IMG/VR virus record: IMGVR_UViG_3300045988_003785
Strand: one strand, 5' to 3'
DNA from: a virus
Length of the DNA stretch: 5,580 bases
The notes under the pieces were generated by a model that was given only the letters and a program-made list of their open reading frames with translations, did no database searches and was not told where the DNA came from. Of the stretch, positions 1 through 5,328 are shown piece by piece (the first letter of the stretch is position 1; the number at the start of each line of letters is the position of its first letter). Position numbers and translations under genes: made by a program.

Positions 1-55
1 AATGCAGATAGTAAAGGAGGTATAAAGATGAGAACTGTCAATCATCTGAGCATCA
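1..55. repeat. Terminal direct repeat, copy 1 (overlap from a circular genome)
   Basis: Bases 1-55 (aatgcagatagtaaaggaggtataaagatgagaactgtcaatcatctgagcatca) match 5526-5580 at every position by direct reading. This implies a 5,525-nt circle. Confidence 0.95.
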
Positions 56-207
56 AGGCCATGACGGAGCTAGTAGAAGTTGGCTCCTACGATACCAAAA
101 AATACAGATACATTATTGACCAAACCAATGGCGAATGTTACCGCATCAATAAAGAGTATCTAGGCACGACAGAAACACTCGACCCGGAAAATTGGGTAAA
201 GCAGTAA
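28..207 (+). CDS. Hypothetical small protein, 59 aa (MRTVNHLSIKAMTELVEVGSYDTKKYRYIIDQTNGECYRINKEYLGTTETLDPENWVKQ)
   Basis: ATG at 28 and TAA at 205-207; it falls below the ORF-track size cutoff. A consensus SD AAGGAGG sits at 14-20 with a 7-nt spacer. It is the first cistron after the promoter at 5500-5528, across the circular junction. There is no hydrophobic segment and I recognise no family. Confidence 0.6.
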   Translation: MRTVNHLSIKAMTELVEVGSYDTKKYRYIIDQTNGECYRINKEYLGTTETLDPENWVKQ

Positions 208-218
208 TAAGGTTAAAC

Positions 219-238
219 AGCACAAAAGTGCTTTTTTT
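219..238 (+). terminator. Weak rho-independent terminator or attenuator candidate
   Basis: AGCAC (219-223), loop AAAA, GTGCT (228-232), running into T7 (232-238). It starts 12 nt after the ORF59 stop. The stem is only 5 bp, so it is probably leaky. Confidence 0.4.
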
Positions 239-281
239 ACAAAACCATTTATACAAAATAATTTTTTAGGAGGTGTTTGCT

Positions 282-386
282 CTGACCATCAATGAAATTA
301 ACGCGCTGTTTAACAAAATCCGTAAAATCTTAGACATGCTGGATAAGATTTACCACAAAGTAGAGGGCAACAAGCCCAAGGAGTAA
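282..386 (+). CDS. Possible small protein of ~34 aa with a non-canonical start (LTINEINALFNKIRKILDMLDKIYHKVEGNKPKE)
   Basis: A perfect SD AGGAGG lies at 268-273. The frame is open from 270 to TAA 384-386. The only in-frame start-like codons near the SD are GTG 273, which overlaps the SD, and CTG 282, with an 8-nt spacer. The ORF ends 4 nt before the next gene's GTG and carries that gene's SD, an arrangement typical of translational coupling. Confidence 0.3.
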   Translation: MTINEINALFNKIRKILDMLDKIYHKVEGNKPKE

Positions 387-390
387 CAAG

Positions 391-612
391 GTGAAAACGT
401 GGAACGTACGAGACCAGACCGATACGATGCTAGCGACGACGCTCGCAAGAACTTACAAGGAGATCGAAGCGACATACAAACACGTAAGACAAGCCGCAAC
501 GATAGAAGACGCAAAATTTTACATCGAAATGGCATTCCGGAAAAAAGCTTTCGCAAATGACATCGAGATGGAACAAATCCGTAGGAGAATCAACGATGAC
601 GAAGAGGAGTAA
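391..612 (+). CDS. Hypothetical protein, 73 aa, acidic C-terminus (..INDDEEE)
   Basis: GTG start at 391, preceded by AAGGAG (378-383) with a 7-nt spacer. It is on the same strand as the conserved genes and overlaps the next gene by 17 nt. I recognise no family. Confidence 0.55.
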   Translation: MKTWNVRDQTDTMLATTLARTYKEIEATYKHVRQAATIEDAKFYIEMAFRKKAFANDIEMEQIRRRINDDEEE

Positions 613-715
613 AGTTCGCAAGTCCAAAGACGCAAAAATTTACAACAAGACCGCACGAAAGACCAAAGCTATCAATCTGGGAAGCGGCGCAATGCGAGGA
701 GGCATTAGATTATGA
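596..715 (+). CDS. Small, highly basic DNA-binding/packaging protein (phiX174 J-like, gokushovirus VP8/ORF8-like), 39 aa: MTKRSKVRKSKDAKIYNKTARKTKAINLGSGAMRGGIRL
   Basis: Absent from the ORF track because it is under 60 aa. ATG at 596 with AGGAGA (583-588) and a 7-nt spacer; TGA at 713-715 overlaps the next ATG as ATGA. It has 13 K/R against 1 acidic residue in 39 aa. From memory, the K-rich N-terminus, the ..KTA..T.. segment and the C-terminal MRGGIRL resemble the small basic proteins of gokushoviruses. Confidence 0.7.
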   Translation: MTKRSKVRKSKDAKIYNKTARKTKAINLGSGAMRGGIRL

Positions 716-951
716 TTAACGTGTATGGCATCTATGACCAGTGCGCTATGTGCTACATTACCACGTTCAACGAGAGGGACGACAAAGTAGCCGAACGCAA
801 CTTTAAAATCGCACTGATGGACGAAAACAACATCATGAGCAAAACGCCGAGCGACTACCGACTTGTAAGACTTGCAAAATTCAACGAGCGCAACGGCGAT
901 TTTGAGGAAACAAAGGAGAACATCTACGATGGCATTTCGCTCAGTAAGTAA
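712..951 (+). CDS. VP5: VP5-like non-structural protein of gokushoviruses, 79 aa
   Basis: ATG at 712 with GAGGAGG (696-702) upstream. The pattern vYgIYDq...A.RnF...d.nn.msk.PsDYrLv.la.Fne.nGdf matches my memory of the conserved VP5/ORF5 pattern (IYD ... A.R.F ... PeDY.L..iGefd..tG). I have run no alignment. Confidence 0.6.
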   Translation: MINVYGIYDQCAMCYITTFNERDDKVAERNFKIALMDENNIMSKTPSDYRLVRLAKFNERNGDFEETKENIYDGISLSK

Positions 952-1411
952 TTTCCGAAAAAACGTAACGGCAAAACCAACCGAAGCCGGGGAAAGAGTG
1001 AGACGCACATATCTCTGGGAACGCAACGAAAAAGGCGAAAAGGTACTGAAACTCGACCAAATCATCGACCAGCAAGCGGAAATCGACTCCTACTTGGATG
1101 AAACCAAAATAGAAAACATCATCCGACGGGCAAGCGTCGACCCGAACATCGCGGAACGAATCGCACCGGACTTAGGCGGCGGCATCCAAGACTTTACCGA
1201 GGTGCCGCATACGTTAGCCGAGATTCAAAACGTCATGATTCGCGCAGAACAAATCTGGGACGAAGTGCCGAAAGAAGCAAAGCTCAAATTTGATAACGAT
1301 GTCAATAAATTCATCGCATCGTTTGGCACAGTCGAATGGGCTAAAAATCTGGGTATCTACACCGACGTCAAAACACCCGAAGCGACAGAAGCAACGGAGG
1401 AAAAAGAATGA
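929..1411 (+). CDS. VP3: VP3-like internal scaffolding protein, 160 aa from ATG 929
   Basis: The ORF-track frame is open from 872, but ATG 929 has AGGAG (914-918) upstream, whereas ATG 872 lies deep inside VP5. The C-terminal half (..DFTEVPHTLAEIQNVMIRAEQIWDEVPKEAKLKFDNDVNKFIASF..) fits my memory of the VP3 pattern (D/Y.ea.n....A...F..LP...r..F.NdP..F..f). The stop overlaps the VP1 ATG as ATGA. Confidence 0.65.
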   Translation: MAFRSVSNFRKNVTAKPTEAGERVRRTYLWERNEKGEKVLKLDQIIDQQAEIDSYLDETKIENIIRRASVDPNIAERIAPDLGGGIQDFTEVPHTLAEIQNVMIRAEQIWDEVPKEAKLKFDNDVNKFIASFGTVEWAKNLGIYTDVKTPEATEATEEKE

Positions 1412-3111
1412 ACAGAAACAAAGACGCGGGATTTAACCAAGTACCGCGACTGGACATCACAAGAAGCCGTTTCAAAAGGCGGCAGGACGTCAAATTAACG
1501 CTTGACGCAGGAAAGCTCATCCCATTTTACGTGGATGAAGTATTGCCGGGTGATACTTTCAGCATCGACCAAGCGGCAATCATCCGCATGACAACGCCCA
1601 TCTTTCCAGTTATGGACAACTGCTACATGGACATCTATTATTTTTTCACTCCTAACCGAATCCTTTGGAAAAACTGGAAGCGATTTATGGGCGAGAACGA
1701 TACAGGGCCGTGGGCACAGAAGCGAGAATACACAATCCCACAAATCAGAATCTATGCAGACAGCCGCAATGACGTACCGCTGGAAGGAAGCCTCATGGAC
1801 TACATGGGGATACCGACAAAAGCATGCAAAAAAGGCAATAAAAATACAGAGTTCGAAGTAAACGCACTTCCATTCAGAGCATATGCCATGATATGGCAAG
1901 AGTGGTTCAGAGACCAAAATGTAGATAATCCTGCCATAAACAGCGACGGAGACGAAACAGTAAGCTACTCAGACGTCAACGACGATAACAAAATAGACGA
2001 AATGCTTCAAGAAGCATATCGAGGCGGCAGACCGTTACCAGTCAACAAGTTCCACGACTACTTCACATCGGCAACGCCGAGCCCACAGAAATCGCTAGAA
2101 CCAGTAACCATTCCGCTGACTGGAAGTGCACCGCTAGGAATGTACAGCCCGGCAACAGGAAAAGTAACAATCAACAGCGCCGAAATGAAAAAAATAGCAA
2201 AAGATGCAGGACTGTTGAGCACAGGCAGCACCTTTAACGCCACGGATTGGGACGTCGGAGACGGACCAATAGCAAACCAAGGACTAGCAGTAGGAAGAAA
2301 TACAGGGTCCATATACAGTGGAATAACCTTAGGAGCAGACCTCTCAAAGGTCAACGCAACGACTATAAACCAGCTGCGACAGGCGTTCCAGGTGCAAAAG
2401 TATTACGAAGAACTTGCACGAGGCGGCAGCCGATACCGTGAGATGATTTATTCGCTGTTCCATACCAAAATCAGCGATAAAACCGTGCAGATTCCGGAAT
2501 ACCTTGGTGGTACACGTATCACTATCAACATGAGTCAGGTCATCCAGACCAGCGGCACGACTACTGAGAGTCCGCAGGGTAACACGGCGGCAGTATCCGT
2601 GACGCCGTACAATGGAAGCATGTTTACGAAAAGCTTCGAGGAACACGGCTATGTTATCGGTGTATGTTGCATCCGGCATGACCATACCTACCAGCAGGGA
2701 CTCGAGCGGATGTGGAGCCGCAAAACAAACCTGGACTTTTATTACCCGGTGTTTGCAAATCTGGGCGAACAAGCAATTCTCAAGAAGGAAATCTATCTAA
2801 CCGGCACGGAAACCGACGAACAGGCGTTCGGATACCAAGAAGCGTGGGCAGAATACCGAATGAAACCAAACCGAATCTGTGGCAAATTCCGGAGCAACGC
2901 AACGGGAACGCTGGATAGTTGGCACTACGGCGACAACTACAAAGAAACGCCAAGCTTAAGCCAAGCATGGATGAAAGAAGGAAAAGAGGAAATCCAGAGG
3001 ACGCTAGCGGTAGAAAATGAACCGCAATTTATCATGGACACTATCATCGACAACACAAGCGTAAGACCCATGCCTATGTACAGCATTCCGGGACTCGTCG
3101 ACCATCACTAA
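1408..3111 (+). CDS. VP1: Major capsid protein VP1 (Microviridae F-protein family), 567 aa
   Basis: GGAGG at 1396-1400 with a 7-nt spacer. Hallmark blocks are present: RSRF.R....K.T.DAGKLIPFYVDEVLPGDTF, PIFPVMDN, FFTPNR.LW.NW..FMGE, HDYFTSATPSPQK, TIN.LRQAFQ.QK..E..ARGG.RY.E, IPEYLGG. The size is typical of gokushovirus VP1. Confidence 0.97.
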   Translation: MNRNKDAGFNQVPRLDITRSRFKRRQDVKLTLDAGKLIPFYVDEVLPGDTFSIDQAAIIRMTTPIFPVMDNCYMDIYYFFTPNRILWKNWKRFMGENDTGPWAQKREYTIPQIRIYADSRNDVPLEGSLMDYMGIPTKACKKGNKNTEFEVNALPFRAYAMIWQEWFRDQNVDNPAINSDGDETVSYSDVNDDNKIDEMLQEAYRGGRPLPVNKFHDYFTSATPSPQKSLEPVTIPLTGSAPLGMYSPATGKVTINSAEMKKIAKDAGLLSTGSTFNATDWDVGDGPIANQGLAVGRNTGSIYSGITLGADLSKVNATTINQLRQAFQVQKYYEELARGGSRYREMIYSLFHTKISDKTVQIPEYLGGTRITINMSQVIQTSGTTTESPQGNTAAVSVTPYNGSMFTKSFEEHGYVIGVCCIRHDHTYQQGLERMWSRKTNLDFYYPVFANLGEQAILKKEIYLTGTETDEQAFGYQEAWAEYRMKPNRICGKFRSNATGTLDSWHYGDNYKETPSLSQAWMKEGKEEIQRTLAVENEPQFIMDTIIDNTSVRPMPMYSIPGLVDHH

Positions 3112-3127
3112 AAACGAAAGGGGGAAA

Positions 3128-3156
3128 GCCCGGGGCAAAACCCCGGGCATATTTTT
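3128..3156 (+). terminator. GC-rich hairpin plus T-tract between VP1 and VP2 (partial terminator or attenuator)
   Basis: GCCCGGGG (3128-3135), loop CAAAA, CCCCGGGC (3141-3148): a perfect 8-bp stem, 7 of the 8 pairs G:C. It is followed by ATATTTTT and ends at the VP2 ATG (3157). Confidence 0.6.
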
Positions 3157-4035
3157 ATGGGAGTTTTAGCAACACTCGGAACGGGGCTCCTCAAAGCAGT
3201 AGCGCCAAGCCTAATAGGAGCAGCAGCAAATAAACTGTTTGGCACAAGCTCAAGCTACGGACAGCAAGGACAAGCAAACAGTCAAAGCAGTGGCTCAAGC
3301 TGGTCGCAAGGCTCAAGCGACAGCGCAAGTTTCAGCAACGGCGGCACAAACGACGAAATGAACAAAACCATTGCGGCACTAGCAAACCAGATAAGTCAAG
3401 GAAACATGGCCGGACAGCAAAAGTTCAATCGAAATTCGATGCTTATGCAAATGGGATACAACACCTTAGGAGCAATCCAGCAAGGCATATACAACCACAT
3501 CGAACAGCAAACAGCCATGAACTACAACTCAGCAGAAGCCGCAAGAAACAGAGCATGGCAAGAGCAGATGAGCAACACAGCTTACCAAAGAGCCGTCGAA
3601 GATATGCGAAAAGCAGGAATCAATCCAATCTTAGCATACACACAAGGCGGCGCAAGCACTCCAAGCGGAGCGCAAGGAACAATCGGGAGTGCAAGCATGG
3701 GCATGGCATCCAGTAGCGCACTAGGAGCAACAGCGTTACCAGGCATAAAACAAGACGGTAGTTGGAGTAGTCATAGCGAAGCATGGAGTCACGCAGAAAA
3801 CGCAGCAGAGAGCATCCAACAAGCCATCATGTCGAGCAGCTCAAGCCCGGTAAGACTCAAAGGAGACATGGAAGCCATAGCCGAGACGGCAGTAGAAAAC
3901 GCAGCCAAACTCAAAGAAAAATTCGCGGCCTTACCAGTGGCAGACAAAGCAAAAAATGAGCTTGCAGGACGATTAGAAAATACAAGAAGATACTTACCCA
4001 CAGGCTACATGAGCATAAATCCGAGAGGTAAATAA
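3157..4035 (+). CDS. VP2: Minor capsid / DNA pilot protein VP2 (H-like), 292 aa
   Basis: The N-terminus is hydrophobic and Gly/Ala-rich (MGVLATLGTGLLKAVAPSLIGAAANKLFG). The signature block NRAWQEQMSNTAYQRAVEDMRKAGINPILAY is typical of gokushovirus VP2. It sits immediately after VP1. Confidence 0.9.
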   Translation: MGVLATLGTGLLKAVAPSLIGAAANKLFGTSSSYGQQGQANSQSSGSSWSQGSSDSASFSNGGTNDEMNKTIAALANQISQGNMAGQQKFNRNSMLMQMGYNTLGAIQQGIYNHIEQQTAMNYNSAEAARNRAWQEQMSNTAYQRAVEDMRKAGINPILAYTQGGASTPSGAQGTIGSASMGMASSSALGATALPGIKQDGSWSSHSEAWSHAENAAESIQQAIMSSSSSPVRLKGDMEAIAETAVENAAKLKEKFAALPVADKAKNELAGRLENTRRYLPTGYMSINPRGK

Positions 4036-5055
4036 ATGGGATGCAATAAGCCGTTAATTCGGTTTTATGTACCTCATAACAGAGAGGCGAGCGGGCGAGT
4101 ATACACACTCGCCTCTTTTAATAAGATACATAAGACAAACCTTAGGTATGAAGACCTAATGTACAGGAAAGACGTAATGATGATACCATGCGGACAATGT
4201 ACCGGGTGCAGACTACGCAAACGCAAAGACTGGTCAACGCGAATGGAACTAGAAGCATACGGACACAACAAAGAAACCATCTGGTTTATTACACTGACTT
4301 ACGATGATGACCACGTACCAACACAGGACACAGAAACAGGTGAAATCTATAAAGGCGGCATAAACATCTGGAAAGGCACCTCAGAGCGTCCAAGAACGGC
4401 GCAAACGCTGAGCGTAGAGGATACCCAACTATTTATAAAAAGGCTCAGAAAAGCCTTCAAAGAGCCTCTGAGATACTTTTTAGCAGGAGAGTACGGAGAC
4501 AACACAGCAAGACCGCACTATCATATGATACTATATGGATGGCATCCAGACGATTTAAAACCAATCCACAAATTGTCAAGACACGGTCATTATACAAGTG
4601 ATAAACTGGTAAAAATCTGGGGACAAGGCACAGTGGACATAGCGCAAGCAACGCCAGAAACATATAATTATGTTGCAGGGTATGTAACTAAAAAGCTGTA
4701 CGGCAACGACAAAATGCGTTACCAAAAAATGGGTTTAATACCGCCATTTTGCACCATGAGCCGTAAGCCGGGACTCGGGGATAAGTGGTTTGAAGACAAC
4801 CAAGAACGACTCTGGCAACAGGGATACATACAGCTTACCAACGGCAAAAAAGCGGCAATCCCAGAATACTATTGGCGAAAGCTGGAGGCTGAAAACCCAG
4901 AAAAAGCATGGAGAATCAAGAAATATCGACAGCAAAAAGCTATAGCATCCCTAATCGAAAGAAACGCGGAAACCGATAAATCATATGCAGAGCAACTAAA
5001 GGACAAAGAAACATCTATGTCCAAAAAAATGAGAAAAGCCAAAGGCGTATTTTGA
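4036..5055 (+). CDS. VP4: Replication initiation protein VP4 (HUH rolling-circle endonuclease, phiX174 A-like), 339 aa
   Basis: The start abuts the VP2 stop (TAAATG), with GAGGT at 4025-4029. It has PCGQCTGCR (Cys cluster), motif 1 FITLTY (4285-4302), HUH motif PHYHMILY (H-Y-H at 4516-4524), and the two-tyrosine motif YNYVAGYVTKK (Y212 and Y216, nt 4669-4683), as in superfamily-I Reps with the Y-x-x-x-Y spacing. Confidence 0.95.
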   Translation: MGCNKPLIRFYVPHNREASGRVYTLASFNKIHKTNLRYEDLMYRKDVMMIPCGQCTGCRLRKRKDWSTRMELEAYGHNKETIWFITLTYDDDHVPTQDTETGEIYKGGINIWKGTSERPRTAQTLSVEDTQLFIKRLRKAFKEPLRYFLAGEYGDNTARPHYHMILYGWHPDDLKPIHKLSRHGHYTSDKLVKIWGQGTVDIAQATPETYNYVAGYVTKKLYGNDKMRYQKMGLIPPFCTMSRKPGLGDKWFEDNQERLWQQGYIQLTNGKKAAIPEYYWRKLEAENPEKAWRIKKYRQQKAIASLIERNAETDKSYAEQLKDKETSMSKKMRKAKGVF

Positions 5056-5066
5056 GACTTTGGTGT

Positions 5067-5115
5067 CACTCAGCCAAGTAACTATCAAGTAAGCTACTTG
5101 GCTGAGTGTTTTATT
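5067..5115 (+). terminator. Strong hairpin plus T-tract after VP4 (operon terminator; also a stable ssDNA hairpin)
   Basis: CACTCAGCCAAGTA (5067-5080) and TACTTGGCTGAGTG (5095-5108) form a perfect 14-bp stem with a 14-nt loop, followed by TTTTATT (5109-5115). It starts 12 nt after the VP4 stop. Confidence 0.7.
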
Positions 5116-5125
5116 GATTCGTTAA

Positions 5126-5167
5126 ATGCACACGCACGCGCACGTAATCGCGCACGCGCACGTGCAT
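5126..5167. repeat. GC-rich alternating purine/pyrimidine block with a 13-nt direct repeat (CGCACGCGCACGT x2)
   Basis: CGCACGCGCACGT occurs at 5133-5145 and again at 5151-5163, an 18-nt period. Strict R/Y alternation runs over 5126-5146 and 5149-5167. The block is flanked by inverted AATGCAC (5125-5131) and GTGCATT (5162-5168). Confidence 0.85.
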
Positions 5168-5190
5168 TATATTATTATTTTTATTATTAA
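5166..5190. other. 25-nt tract of pure A/T (candidate DNA-unwinding element)
   Basis: ATTATATTATTATTTTTATTATTAA has no G or C for 25 consecutive bases. It sits between the GC block and the TAG repeats. Confidence 0.5.
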
Positions 5191-5197
5191 CTTGTTG

Positions 5198-5212
5198 TAG
5201 TAGTAGTAGTAG
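5198..5212 (+). repeat. (TAG)5 trinucleotide repeat, preceded by (TTG)2; DnaA-trio-like
   Basis: TAG x5 at 5198-5212, read directly, with TTGTTG at 5192-5197. Read 3'->5' each unit is GAT, the DnaA-trio unit described for Bacillus subtilis oriC. The repeat is certain; the function is inferred. Confidence 0.5.
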
Positions 5213-5290
5213 GGAGTGTTGAAATGTTGAATACTATGAATTTTTATCCTTGGAACGATATTTTTTGGCTAATTTTAATGTTGATACTTT

Positions 5291-5299
5291 TGTGGATAA
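5291..5299 (-). promoter_or_regulatory. Perfect match to the DnaA-box consensus (TTATCCACA on the minus strand)
   Basis: The + strand reads TGTGGATAA, the exact reverse complement of the 9-mer TTATCCACA. A second box, TGTGGAAAA (5355-5363), fits the relaxed TTWTNCACA consensus. Binding is untested. Confidence 0.5.
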
Positions 5300-5328
5300 T
5301 TTGTTGAAATGTTGAGAATGTAGCAATA

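Noticed and set aside
236-262. A possible second promoter (TTTACA -35 and AATAAT -10) after the ORF59 terminator
   Set aside because: The spacer is only 15 nt and the region is generally AT-rich. The match is too weak to call without transcript mapping.
292-333. A 13-aa ATG-initiated mini-ORF (MKLTRCLTKSVKS)
   Set aside because: It lies 18 nt from the SD, which is too far, and it is very short. Its stop (331-333) lies about 60 nt upstream of the next start (GTG 391), so it is not positioned for coupling to it.
872-928. The longer 179-aa version of the VP3 ORF starting at ATG 872
   Set aside because: ATG 872 lies well inside VP5 with no SD. ATG 929 has AGGAG at 914-918 and gives a size typical of VP3. 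The upstream extension (MQNSTSATAILRKQRRTST) looks like out-of-frame VP5 sequence.
640-1065. A 141-aa minus-strand ORF, plus the other minus-strand ORFs at 350-556, 430-627, 1495-1917, 2058-2354, 2344-2772, 2780-2968, 3789-4001, 3911-4108, 4074-4280, 4457-4663, 4735-4935 and 4869-5069
   Set aside because: All lie antisense to well-supported + strand genes. Those I checked lack SDs, and their sequences are low-complexity, Cys/Phe/Leu-rich and typical of antisense frames. One-strand coding is the rule in this family.
2247-2441. An Arg-rich 64-aa + strand ORF overprinted on VP1, plus the + strand ORFs at 2612-2800 and 2712-2918, considered as possible E-like or J-like embedded genes
   Set aside because: ORF 2247 starts at TTG with no SD. 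None of the three has a transmembrane helix, as an E-like lysis protein would. A convincing J-like gene already exists at 596-715. This is not excluded, but it is unsupported.
5189-5194. AACTTG, resembling the phiX174 plus-strand origin nick site context (CAACTTG/ATA)
   Set aside because: It is only a 6-mer. The same hexamer also occurs at 2411-2416. The flanking sequence does not follow the phiX174 origin. The Rep nick site remains unidentified.
5158-5233. A dif/XerCD-like recombination site, as used by lysogenic gokushoviruses
   Set aside because: The best matches to the XerD arm TTATGTTAAAT are 8/11 (TTATTTTTATT at 5175-5185 and AAATGTTGAAT at 5222-5232). Both are in low-complexity AT-rich sequence, and there is no convincing XerC arm with the CATAA-6 nt-TTATG geometry. 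It is worth a formal scan against host dif motifs, but I cannot support it by eye.
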